From IMG/VR virus record IMGVR_UViG_3300017912_004379, positions 1 to 46,605 of that record: a stretch of DNA of 46,605 nucleotides. One strand, given 5' to 3'. The DNA comes from a virus. Taxonomy: Duplodnaviria > Caudoviricetes. How positions within the stretch are numbered: position 1 is the first letter of the stretch; every line of letters starts with the position of its first letter. Below, piece after piece: positions 29,225-37,703 of the stretch. The notes beneath the pieces are model-generated. The model saw only the letters and a program-made list of their open reading frames with translations, ran no database searches and was not told where the DNA came from. The translations under genes were made by a program, and so were the position numbers.

Positions 29225-29953
29225 ATGGCAAAAAGTATCAAACAAGTAAAAACTAAAAAAGCCATCCTCGACTCGCTGTTGCGAAAACTAAAATCATATA
29301 GGAAAATAGACCAAGAAGAAAAAAACTTGTTGCAGGATTTTATCAACTTGGATCCTATATTTGCTGGACGACTAGATAAATTTGATTTCAGTGGCACAAG
29401 AGAAAAATGGATACAATTTCATGCAGAATACAATTTTAAGATAGACACAGGACACTGGATGGAGTTTGGAGTAAGAGAAGGATCAACGATAGAACAGTTT
29501 TTGAAATACAATCCGACTGCACACATTCACGGCTTCGATTCATGGGAAGGACTTCCGGAGGCATGGGACGTTGGAAATAAAGTATACCAACCAGGTGACA
29601 TGGCAGTACCAATGCCTAAGTTTGATGAAAGAGTTGAACTTTGGAAAGGCTGGTTTGAAGATACAATAGATCCATGGAAAACTAAACACCATGGACACAT
29701 TCAACTTCTACACGTCGACGGCGACCTTTATTCATCTGCAAAGACTGTGCTTACAAAACTCAATGATAGAATTATTCCCGGCACAGTGATTATATTTGAT
29801 GAGATAGCAAACTGGAGATTGGCAGGAAAGATGAGCGAATGGTGTGATGGCGAATGGTTGGCTTTGTTAGAATGGACGAAGGATTTTAATCGCGAATACA
29901 AACCTTTAGCACGTAGTTGCCTAAACCAAGCCAGTATTGAAATTTTAAAGTAG
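29225..29953 (+). CDS. TylF/MycF-like O-methyltransferase
   Basis: MEFGVREG, GFDSWEGLP, KGWFEDT, LHVDGDLYSS, IIFDE; start placed at ATG 29225. Confidence 0.85.
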   Translation: MAKSIKQVKTKKAILDSLLRKLKSYRKIDQEEKNLLQDFINLDPIFAGRLDKFDFSGTREKWIQFHAEYNFKIDTGHWMEFGVREGSTIEQFLKYNPTAHIHGFDSWEGLPEAWDVGNKVYQPGDMAVPMPKFDERVELWKGWFEDTIDPWKTKHHGHIQLLHVDGDLYSSAKTVLTKLNDRIIPGTVIIFDEIANWRLAGKMSEWCDGEWLALLEWTKDFNREYKPLARSCLNQASIEILK

Positions 29954-30733
29954 GCTATTCTGTCTAACAAAAAGATTTAATTCATCTGCCCATCTATGAT
30001 GCCCAGTTTCGTTTGGGTGTCCGTCGTTTGCAGATTTGGTCCATCCGTTTTTGGCCACAAACTCAAAATGGCTTTGAAAGTAATCTTTATTATTAACCTT
30101 TACCTTGTGGTCCGCTGACGACCTATTGTTTAATTGCATTTGCACGTTTTCTTTAGCATAGGCACTAGTCTCAAAGTTATAAAAATGTTTTCTATCTATC
30201 TGATCTTTAAGTAATTTTAAGTCCGGTCTAGGCTTACCGTCAACTTCGCTTTCTGGAAGATCATTTGTAAGTGCATGATAAAAAACGTATGGTATGTTAT
30301 GAAATTTTAGGAAATACTGTAATGATAAGATATTAGTGTATAGTTTCACAGCACTGGCCAGCTCTATATCAAAATCCTTGTCTCGCATAAAAAAATCATG
30401 ATGTGGCAACTGCCATGTACCCCATTGAAAATCAAATTTTAACAATTCACCTTTGATGCCTCCTTGCTTTTCTTTTGGTGTGGCCATACTGCTGACATAG
30501 TCCCACCTGTATCCAGTGGTCCATCCTATGCTAACAAAAGTGTCTTTGATCTTATCTGGATTCTTGAAAAACCAATGCATGGTTGTGTTTACTATCCTGT
30601 CATTACCCCTACCACCCTTTGCGAGATTGATCGTAGGCTCCTGTATTTCCAAAAGTTTCCCTAGTGTCTGATGGCAACTGCCGTACGTCTTTTTTGTACT
30701 AAAACTACAACCGTTACTTAGATGATATTTCAT
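29945..30733 (-). CDS. SGNH/GDSL-like protein
   Basis: SNGCSFS, NLAKGGRGN, DGHPNETGH; paralogue of 6652-7314. Confidence 0.6.
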   Translation of the reverse strand: MKYHLSNGCSFSTKKTYGSCHQTLGKLLEIQEPTINLAKGGRGNDRIVNTTMHWFFKNPDKIKDTFVSIGWTTGYRWDYVSSMATPKEKQGGIKGELLKFDFQWGTWQLPHHDFFMRDKDFDIELASAVKLYTNILSLQYFLKFHNIPYVFYHALTNDLPESEVDGKPRPDLKLLKDQIDRKHFYNFETSAYAKENVQMQLNNRSSADHKVKVNNKDYFQSHFEFVAKNGWTKSANDGHPNETGHHRWADELNLFVRQNSLL

Positions 30734-31632
30734 ATACTATTACTTACGTGTTCCCAACATTCGCCCGATTCAAATTCCTCAATACTCCATTGGCAGTGTG
30801 CAATTTTGTTTGCCCATGCCGACTTATCGCCGCGATACGGATTTTCAATCTCATGTATCTCTTTACTGCTCACTTCATATGCCATACTACCTGTGTCGCA
30901 GGCTATATTGGGTATGCCCTGTAACACTGCATCTATTCCAGAACCTGAGGTATAGGTCACTGTGCACCAGGCTTTTTGTAATTGCTCCTGTATGGGCATG
31001 AAGCCTTCTTTCAAAAGATCTGTCTCTTGCCAATGCACGTCCGCAACTTTTAAAATTTTTTCCTGTAGTTGTTTGTGTAGCGTGGACTTTCTGTATAAAG
31101 GATGAGGCCTTACAATAATTTTCATGTCAGTGTGTTTCCGTATTTCGTGTAATGTGTTCTCTGTCCAATCGAAAACATCAGTACCCCTCATGCTGGCGTC
31201 ACCGACTTTTTGCATACACAGTAAAACGTAATCTCCGGAGGACTTCCATTCAACATTTGGGTCATAGCCGTTTCTTTCAAACACCTTTTTTGATCTATCC
31301 TCAGTAATATGTTCGAATCCCCAACGGGCATCATCCCAAAGGAAACCGTTCACACCTACTCTAAATTCATTGTGGAATGCTGTTGTTATTGGCCTGCCTA
31401 TTAGTTGCGTTTCCAATTGTACGTAGGGCATACCACTTTCAATGATTTTGCCTTTTCCTCTGTGTGCTGGCTTGCCTCGTTCTTTCTTGTAACTGCCGAA
31501 GATAACGGCACAATCGTATCTGTTTGCCTGGTGACTATCCACCATTTCGCCACCACAACCTTTGGCAAACGATTGCATATAGTTCAAATAGTGTTCGTTG
31601 TTGGCTGTGTCCTTGATTACCGCTACTCGCAT
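30730..31632 (-). CDS. KpsS/KpsC-like protein (paralogue 5)
   Basis: MQKVGDAS, VRPHP, VTYTSGSGIDA..GIP, IAHCQWS.EE..SG; start placed at ATG 31632. Confidence 0.62.
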   Translation of the reverse strand: MRVAVIKDTANNEHYLNYMQSFAKGCGGEMVDSHQANRYDCAVIFGSYKKERGKPAHRGKGKIIESGMPYVQLETQLIGRPITTAFHNEFRVGVNGFLWDDARWGFEHITEDRSKKVFERNGYDPNVEWKSSGDYVLLCMQKVGDASMRGTDVFDWTENTLHEIRKHTDMKIIVRPHPLYRKSTLHKQLQEKILKVADVHWQETDLLKEGFMPIQEQLQKAWCTVTYTSGSGIDAVLQGIPNIACDTGSMAYEVSSKEIHEIENPYRGDKSAWANKIAHCQWSIEEFESGECWEHVSNSI

Positions 31633-31764
31633 GGAGTATTTACGTAGCGAAGCGAAAGCGTAAATTTTACCAAGTATGCGTTCTTTAGAAGTTACGCGAC
31701 AGCGTAAAAGCGTAAAGCCGACCTGACCTGGACGATAATTAACAGTAGCAATGGGAGTAAGACG

Positions 31765-31932
31765 ATGGGTATCCACTACGATTACAAGAGCACCAGAGGT
31801 GCCAAGAAGATGCAGAAGCAACAGCAACGTGAGGAGCGTAGGCGCAGGAAGAAGACACAGCCGGCAACTACGCCACGACAGGACGAGACTCGACCCTTGA
31901 CCCTTGACATGATAACTGATCCAGACAGATGA
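31765..31932 (+). CDS. Small basic protein (55 aa, not in the ORF track)
   Basis: MGIHYDYKSTRGAKKMQKQQQREERRRRKK...DPDR; GGGAG upstream; ATGA overlap with the radical SAM gene. Confidence 0.6.
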   Translation: MGIHYDYKSTRGAKKMQKQQQREERRRRKKTQPATTPRQDETRPLTLDMITDPDR

Positions 31933-32918
31933 TAAACCGCAGACTGTTTGACCACTACGGCATCGACACGAGCAAGGACCTGCGTATCAAGAACAGGTGT
32001 GCGAGGCCCTACGACACGGTGCTGATAGACAAACAAGGCAGTTGCTACGCCTGTGAATGCACCGCGTGGTTACCACAGAGCATAGGCAACCTACAGATCA
32101 AGAGCCTGGCGGAGATAGTGGGTTCGGCGATGCACCGCCACCTGCAGGGTTCCATCGCGGATGGCACCTATCGCTACTGTAACAACAGCCAGTGCACCTA
32201 CATCAAGAAGAACGTATTCGAGCAGGACTCCGGGGGCATCAGGCACCTGAGACTGGCCATAGACGACAGTTGCAACCTCAGGTGTCCCAGTTGCCGTAAG
32301 AACCTCATATTCCACAAAGATGGCTCAGCACACAGGCTGGGCATCAGACTGGCGGACAGGATAAACGAGTGGCTGTACCACCATGATGGACCCATACAGG
32401 TGCACATCGGATCCGACGGTGATCCGTTCGCATCTCACGTGTACAGGCACTTCATGGAGCAGACCCCGGAGCGTGACAACATCAAGTATTCCATACTGAC
32501 CAACGCACTGATGTTCAATGAGTTCCACACGCGGGTTCCCTACGTGATGAAGAACCTCAACGAGCTGGGAGTCAGCATAGACGGTGCCAGCAAGGACACC
32601 TACGAAAAACTGCGGCTCGGTGGTAGGTGGGACAAGATCAACGATAACCTGACCAGCATCGCCGATGCCAAACGCAGACACGGATTCAAGTTCATACTGT
32701 ACTTCGTGGTGCAGAAGGACAACCATCATGAGATGGACGACATGCTGGCCCTGGGCGAACGCTACGGCGCCGACCGAGTCAACTTTTCTCTGATAGAGGA
32801 CTGGGGAGTCTTACCCGACTTCAAGTCCAAACTGCCTCCATTGGAGGACCCTGCGTTCAAAGAGATGTTGGAAAGGTGCACCAGATCAGAACTGGGCAAC
32901 ACCTGGATGCATCGCTAG
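31929..32918 (+). CDS. Radical SAM protein with an N-terminal SPASM-like Cys domain
   Basis: CNLRCPSC, GDPF, TNA, SIDG...TYEKLR.GG.W; extra N-terminal CARP, CEC, YC...C. Confidence 0.88.
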   Translation: MINRRLFDHYGIDTSKDLRIKNRCARPYDTVLIDKQGSCYACECTAWLPQSIGNLQIKSLAEIVGSAMHRHLQGSIADGTYRYCNNSQCTYIKKNVFEQDSGGIRHLRLAIDDSCNLRCPSCRKNLIFHKDGSAHRLGIRLADRINEWLYHHDGPIQVHIGSDGDPFASHVYRHFMEQTPERDNIKYSILTNALMFNEFHTRVPYVMKNLNELGVSIDGASKDTYEKLRLGGRWDKINDNLTSIADAKRRHGFKFILYFVVQKDNHHEMDDMLALGERYGADRVNFSLIEDWGVLPDFKSKLPPLEDPAFKEMLERCTRSELGNTWMHR

Positions 32919-34009
32919 TTCGCGACTGTGTTGTAGATCTTCATTATTTCCTTGAGAGTGTCTTGAGACACGGACTTAGGTGCACAGGTGCCACACACGC
33001 ACTTTGTCTGGGCACAGATCAAAGTTGGAAGTTCCCGTTGTGTCCTCATCTTTTCTATGTAGTCGGGCATGGTGTTTATGTCCGCGATTGGTCCTGTTGT
33101 GCCATCTAACTTGACCCTGCAGTCCTTGTTGGTGAAGTACTGCCCAGTAACATTGTTGCCGAACAGGAAAAATTGATTTGCGGAACAGTGCCAACCCTTG
33201 AATCCATCTGGTCCACGTGGCACCAGCGTGTTGGTCTTTCGCAGTTGCCTGTCGAAACACATCTTACGTCCGCCACAACAGGCCCTGGTCTGCCGATTGG
33301 CTGTTGTGTCATGTTTCCAACCCATCAGCTCTACTGGGTCAATAAATTCTCCCAGGTCTGTGAGGTGCTGTTTGCTGTACATTCCCAAAGTCCCGTCCAG
33401 CAATCTTGGCCTGGCGTTGACTCCTTTTTCCTTTGCCCATCGCAAGAACTCTATGCAATCTTTCCAGTGATCAGCGTGGGGATACATGCAGACTATGGTG
33501 TCGTGTTCCTTTTTGATCTCACCGAGATAAAGAAGATTGTTCCTGAACATTTTTTTCAATTTTTCAGCACCCTGGCTGTGATAACTCATTGTGATTCCCT
33601 CCACGTGTTCGCAGATGAGTCTCCAAGACTTCTCTGTGGCTGTGCCGTTAGTTGTGAGTCTTCTTTTGAGTTTCCAATTATCTTTGTACTGTTCGTATCT
33701 TCTAGAAGAATGTACCATGAGTTCTATTATGTGGGGATGATAGATGACTTCGCCTCCTAACATCTGCATAATGACTTCTTTAGATGCCTGTTTCTTGTGA
33801 GACATCACAACATCAATGTACTCGTACATCTGGTCGAGCATGAGCAAAGATTGTTTGACGCTAGGGTGTGGGATCGAGTTGTCGTGTCCTGTTGGTCCTA
33901 TTGGACAGTAGGCACAGTCGTAATTACATTTCAAAGTCACTAGCCAGTCTACCAGCAAACTCATTCTTTGGTTGGGATGATATGCAGGTTCAATTGTTTG
34001 TATGGACAT
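32915..34009 (-). CDS. Radical SAM protein
   Basis: CNYDCAYC, GGE, TTNG, SYH; C-terminal F.GW.C and C...C.C..C; start placed at ATG 34009. Confidence 0.85.
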   Translation of the reverse strand: MSIQTIEPAYHPNQRMSLLVDWLVTLKCNYDCAYCPIGPTGHDNSIPHPSVKQSLLMLDQMYEYIDVVMSHKKQASKEVIMQMLGGEVIYHPHIIELMVHSSRRYEQYKDNWKLKRRLTTNGTATEKSWRLICEHVEGITMSYHSQGAEKLKKMFRNNLLYLGEIKKEHDTIVCMYPHADHWKDCIEFLRWAKEKGVNARPRLLDGTLGMYSKQHLTDLGEFIDPVELMGWKHDTTANRQTRACCGGRKMCFDRQLRKTNTLVPRGPDGFKGWHCSANQFFLFGNNVTGQYFTNKDCRVKLDGTTGPIADINTMPDYIEKMRTQRELPTLICAQTKCVCGTCAPKSVSQDTLKEIMKIYNTVAN

Positions 34010-34067
34010 CACCAATATTTAACTTTTGAAATTTTACCTATCATTTTTGCTGGCCGTAAATATGAGC

Positions 34068-34592
34068 ATGTCGAAACGTTACAATGGCCATATGAATGAA
34101 AAGTGTCAAGTTGTCAGCATATTCGGAACCTACGTTTATCCCATCCACGGCGCCGGATACAAGACTCTGTTCGACGAAGCAGATATGACGTTCACGAATC
34201 ATGAACTTAGAGCATGTCCTACGATAACTGTGCTTCTTCAAGATCCTTTTAAAAGATTCAAGACAAGTGTGCATTCATACTGTGAGCAACACAAAAAGGG
34301 AATACAAGAAGTGTATGAAAAAATAAAATCGGGCAAACTAGTGGACAAAACTTGGTCGCCACAATACGTTTGGCTGGTTCACCTTCACAAACACTACAGA
34401 GGGCCTGTGCATCTAAAATCTTTAACTGAAATAAATCACATCACACGTCGAGATCAAGAGCAAAAGTACACTCAGGCCGACGTGGAACCTATAGACAGTA
34501 TCGTCAAGGTGGACAAGCATTTGATGAGATACATCAATAAAACAGTCGACTTGACTGAACTTGTTAGGCGATACAATGCTTTTCTATTTTAA
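34068..34592 (+). CDS. Hypothetical protein, weak sulfotransferase-family resemblance
   Basis: PI...G, QDP..RF.T and D...PQ resemble Sulfotransfer_2 motifs; start uncertain (34062/34068/34092). Confidence 0.45.
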   Translation: MSKRYNGHMNEKCQVVSIFGTYVYPIHGAGYKTLFDEADMTFTNHELRACPTITVLLQDPFKRFKTSVHSYCEQHKKGIQEVYEKIKSGKLVDKTWSPQYVWLVHLHKHYRGPVHLKSLTEINHITRRDQEQKYTQADVEPIDSIVKVDKHLMRYINKTVDLTELVRRYNAFLF

Positions 34593-35258
34593 TTTAGTTC
34601 CAAACTTTTCCAAGAACAGTTGAGCGAAACGCTTGTGATGTTCAACACCATAGTGTAATCCATCGCTGGCCAGATTTGGTTTCTCGAACTGTTGTCTTTG
34701 TTCCCTGCTATCCCAGTATGGCCAACAATTCTTCACCGTGTAATCTTTAAGCACATTTAGATCGGGTATCTCATGATGATAGGAATCATGGGCAAAGCAA
34801 TGAAAAGTTTTACAATTATTTTTTTCAGCATATTTTTCAAGTAGAAAAACATTCTTTAAAAAGTTGTTCTTGTCGGTCTCGGTGTTCTCGTATTTCAAGT
34901 ATTCGTCACCTCCGGTGATACTCTGTGCGTAGGAATCAAGTTTCTCTCTCCTACTCCATATCGGCCAACACACAATTATTATTCTGGGATCTATGAGTTT
35001 TTCACATCCGTACAGTATCCTTACAACCTTGTCCGCACTTGCTCCAGGCTGTGCGAGATTCCAATACCGCAAACGTCCAGTGTTGTGTTGCGAAAGGTGT
35101 GCAACCCAGTGTGTGTCCTCGTGTCCTACTCCATAGGTGTGACTACATCCAAGCACAACCACATTCTTCTTTCCCGAAGGCATTGGATCCCAACTTGGAC
35201 ACCTGTAGCCAAACGCTGACTCGGGCAAACCTTTATCTGTGTAATATCCGTGTTTCAT
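34584..35258 (-). CDS. SGNH-like protein
   Basis: LGCSHTYG.G, NLA.PGAS, DGLHYG..HH. Confidence 0.6.
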   Translation of the reverse strand: MKHGYYTDKGLPESAFGYRCPSWDPMPSGKKNVVVLGCSHTYGVGHEDTHWVAHLSQHNTGRLRYWNLAQPGASADKVVRILYGCEKLIDPRIIIVCWPIWSRREKLDSYAQSITGGDEYLKYENTETDKNNFLKNVFLLEKYAEKNNCKTFHCFAHDSYHHEIPDLNVLKDYTVKNCWPYWDSREQRQQFEKPNLASDGLHYGVEHHKRFAQLFLEKFGTKLK

Positions 35259-35542
35259 TTTACTTTGGCAAGTTTCTTGTTCAATAGATGTTGGATGTAT
35301 AACTCCATAAAGCCCATCCTACCTTTGTTTCCAAACATGCTAGGGTACTTCATTCTACCCAACATCAAAAATTTCTCGTCAGCAAATAGATCAAGCCTGT
35401 TCCTTTTGTATCTAAATTCTAACGCCTTGTTTTTCCATAGATACTTAACGAGTTTGGATTCATCTAGAAACATTTGCTCGGCCAGTTTTGGAGGAATGTT
35501 TTCTTTGAATTTCTTTAGTTTAATCGAATAGAATTTCTTCAC
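35255..35542 (-). CDS. Basic hypothetical protein
   Basis: 95-aa ORF, GTG start 5 nt after a TAAATA box. Confidence 0.6.
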   Translation of the reverse strand: MKKFYSIKLKKFKENIPPKLAEQMFLDESKLVKYLWKNKALEFRYKRNRLDLFADEKFLMLGRMKYPSMFGNKGRMGFMELYIQHLLNKKLAKVK

Positions 35543-35561
35543 GTGTCTATTTACTGGCGTT

Positions 35562-35638
35562 TGGTGTGCCCGGCAGGATTCGAACCTGCGACCCCAAGTT
35601 TAGGAAACTCGTATTCTATCCAACTGAACTACGGGCAC
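35562..35638 (-). tRNA. tRNA-Arg (CCT)
   Basis: Cloverleaf GTGCCCG/CGGGCAC, loop TTCCTAA, GGTTCGAATCC, encoded CCA. Confidence 0.93.
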
Positions 35639-35642
35639 GAGT

Positions 35643-35717
35643 TGGCGGTCCCTAGGGGAATCGAACCCCTCTTTCGAGGATGAAAACCACGTGTCCTAAC
35701 CGATAGACGAAGGGACC
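35643..35717 (-). tRNA. tRNA-Glu (TTC)
   Basis: GGTCCCT/AGGGACC acceptor, loop TTTTCAT, GGTTCGATTCC, encoded CCA. Confidence 0.92.
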
Positions 35718-35722
35718 TTATA

Positions 35723-35796
35723 TGGTGGAGGATAGGAGAGTCGAACTCCTGACTCATCCATGCCATGGATGCGTGATCCCACTTCACCAATCCCCC
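35723..35796 (-). tRNA. tRNA-Ala (GGC)
   Basis: GGGGGAT/ATCCTCC with G3:U70 identity pair, loop ATGGCAT, GTTCGAC, encoded CCA. Confidence 0.93.
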
Positions 35797-35868
35797 AAAT
35801 CCACCAATCACATGCAAGGCCAATGACTTTTTTGGTGTTTTTGGTAAACTTGGCATAATTGGTGTTTG

Positions 35869-35944
35869 TGGTGCCGCTTCACGGATTCGAACCGCGGACC
35901 TACTGATTACAAATCAGTTGCTCTACCGGCTGAGCTAAAGCGGC
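35869..35944 (-). tRNA. tRNA-Thr (TGT)
   Basis: GCCGCTT/AAGCGGC acceptor, loop TTTGTAA, GGTTCGAATCC, encoded CCA. Confidence 0.95.
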
Positions 35945-35956
35945 GTCACAGTTATT

Positions 35957-35985
35957 ATACTACACTATAAAACGCCTGTAGTCTA
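35957..35985 (-). promoter_or_regulatory. Sigma70-like promoter for the tRNA cluster
   Basis: TAGACT-17-TG-TAGTAT on the minus strand, followed by AAT; resembles the clpP promoter (TTATAGTGTA.TATAA). Confidence 0.55.
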
Positions 35986-36048
35986 CCTGTTAAACGCACA
36001 CAGAAGCACGTACACGCATGGTAAAGCCCGAGTTGGATTAACTGTGTG

Positions 36049-36846
36049 TTACTGTTTTCTCATACCGTTAAACACGGTGGTTTTCAGTTTGCTGTTGTCC
36101 TTGTCGACAGACTTGAATGTGTCAAAGTCAATGCCAAGTTTTTCCAACAGTTTGGTCATTGCCTTCACGTCTTTTGGTAAACACATACCGCCATAACCTT
36201 TGAGGTTTTCGTTGACGTCCAGATAGGTGTCTTTGCATCTACCAAATTTTACAAATGCGTCTTTCACTGTCGTGTAGTCACAGTCTAGTTTGCCACACAC
36301 CTCGGCCATTATATTGGCAAATATTATTTTGTATGCGGCGAACACATTGTTATAGTATTTCAATATCTCTGCTTCTGTCGGTTTCAATCTCACTGAGTCC
36401 TTAGGGTAATGTCCGTGTGCTTCTACCAACTTTTCGAAAACAAACTTGTCGTGTGTGCCTACAGCCAACAAGTTATGGTTGTGTATGAAGTCGTCCACTG
36501 CACAACGCTCTCTCAAAAATTCTGGAACAAAACATAAGGTTAGGTTATTGAATTCGTTGATTGCCTGTTGTGTGAAACCACATTCTACCGTGCTTTTGAT
36601 TGCCACAATGCCTTTGTATTCATAAGCAGACAATTCTTTAAGGACACTTGTGATAATGGTTGTATCACAACTACCATCATCGCTTTGAGGAGTGGGCACA
36701 CACAGGAATACAATCTCACTTGGCAGTATGTCTTTTATTGTGCTGTTCAACTTGAGGTCATGACAAAAAACCTCATGTCCTAGTTTCTCAAATCCTGTGT
36801 TTATTGCCGAACCCACGACGCCTAATCCAATTATTCCTATCTTCAT
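36049..36846 (-). CDS. UDP-glucose/GDP-mannose dehydrogenase family protein (short form)
   Basis: GLGVVG, CVPTP, IKSTV, PEFLRE, AE..KY..N, GYGGMCLPKD. Confidence 0.9.
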   Translation of the reverse strand: MKIGIIGLGVVGSAINTGFEKLGHEVFCHDLKLNSTIKDILPSEIVFLCVPTPQSDDGSCDTTIITSVLKELSAYEYKGIVAIKSTVECGFTQQAINEFNNLTLCFVPEFLRERCAVDDFIHNHNLLAVGTHDKFVFEKLVEAHGHYPKDSVRLKPTEAEILKYYNNVFAAYKIIFANIMAEVCGKLDCDYTTVKDAFVKFGRCKDTYLDVNENLKGYGGMCLPKDVKAMTKLLEKLGIDFDTFKSVDKDNSKLKTTVFNGMRKQ

Positions 36847-37703
36847 TACCAGTATGCCTCCACTGTCTTCTCCATGCCGGCACGAAGGCTGGTGTAATTT
36901 TCAAATCCTGTCAGTTCCCTAACCTGTTTTGTGTTGGGACATCTCCTAGTAACAGATCCCCTAGGGCCGTCTCGTATTTCTAATAGTGTTGGATCAACTC
37001 CCATGATGTCCATTATACATTTCGCAACGTCCTCTATCTTTATCTCTTCCTGTTTGCCAACATTCACTATCTTGTCATTGGCTTTCAAAACCAGATCATG
37101 AGTCATGGCGATTGCATCGTCCACATAACAGAAACTCCGTGTGTCGTTGCCCTTGATGTAGTACTCACCTTGCTTTGCTCTCTCAACAAATTCACTGATG
37201 AAGTGATCCCGTTGTCCAGGACCATACACATTGAAATATCTTATGATCAACCAATGTGTAGAGAGATTTGATATCAAATTTTCACCCAGTGCTTTCGGAA
37301 TGCTGTAACTCCATCTCGCATTCGTTATGTCGTCAAACATAATAGGAACTTGTTCGTCGGTTGGCACATCATAAAAACCTTTATCCACTGCACCATTGAA
37401 TATTTCACACGTGCTGGTGAAAACTATTTTTGTGGGTGTATGCTTGTACCTATCAACTATGTGCATGGTAGGTAATGTGTTGTTCATTGTTACTTCGGTC
37501 GGTGTTTCATAGAAAAGTCTTGTGCCGTTTGTTGCCGCCATGTGTACAACAATGTCACAGTCTGGCATGTTGTCCACAACAGACTTGTCTTTTAGATCCT
37601 GTCCGTCTGCAAGATCATAAGTTGTTACCTCATGCTTGTCTTTGATGTGATCTAAGTAATGCCGACCAATAAATCCTTTGTGACCTGTCAGGACTATTCT
37701 CAT
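36846..37703 (-). CDS. NAD-dependent epimerase/dehydratase
   Basis: LTGHKGFIG, HMAA, YSIPK (YxxxK), RYFNVYGP, RSFCYVDD. Confidence 0.9.
   Translation of the reverse strand: MRIVLTGHKGFIGRHYLDHIKDKHEVTTYDLADGQDLKDKSVVDNMPDCDIVVHMAATNGTRLFYETPTEVTMNNTLPTMHIVDRYKHTPTKIVFTSTCEIFNGAVDKGFYDVPTDEQVPIMFDDITNARWSYSIPKALGENLISNLSTHWLIIRYFNVYGPGQRDHFISEFVERAKQGEYYIKGNDTRSFCYVDDAIAMTHDLVLKANDKIVNVGKQEEIKIEDVAKCIMDIMGVDPTLLEIRDGPRGSVTRRCPNTKQVRELTGFENYTSLRAGMEKTVEAYW

Noticed and set aside
31633-31827. 65-aa N-terminal extension of the KpsS-like ORF in the track (similar extensions at 7226, 5260, 42664)
   Set aside because: The extensions overlap divergent genes or promoter boxes; downstream ATGs fit the promoter spacing and family lengths.
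35797-35868. Fifth tRNA or the 75-aa ORF 35629-35856 in the tRNA cluster
   Set aside because: The spacer has no T-loop or acceptor stem, and the ORF runs through two clear tRNAs.
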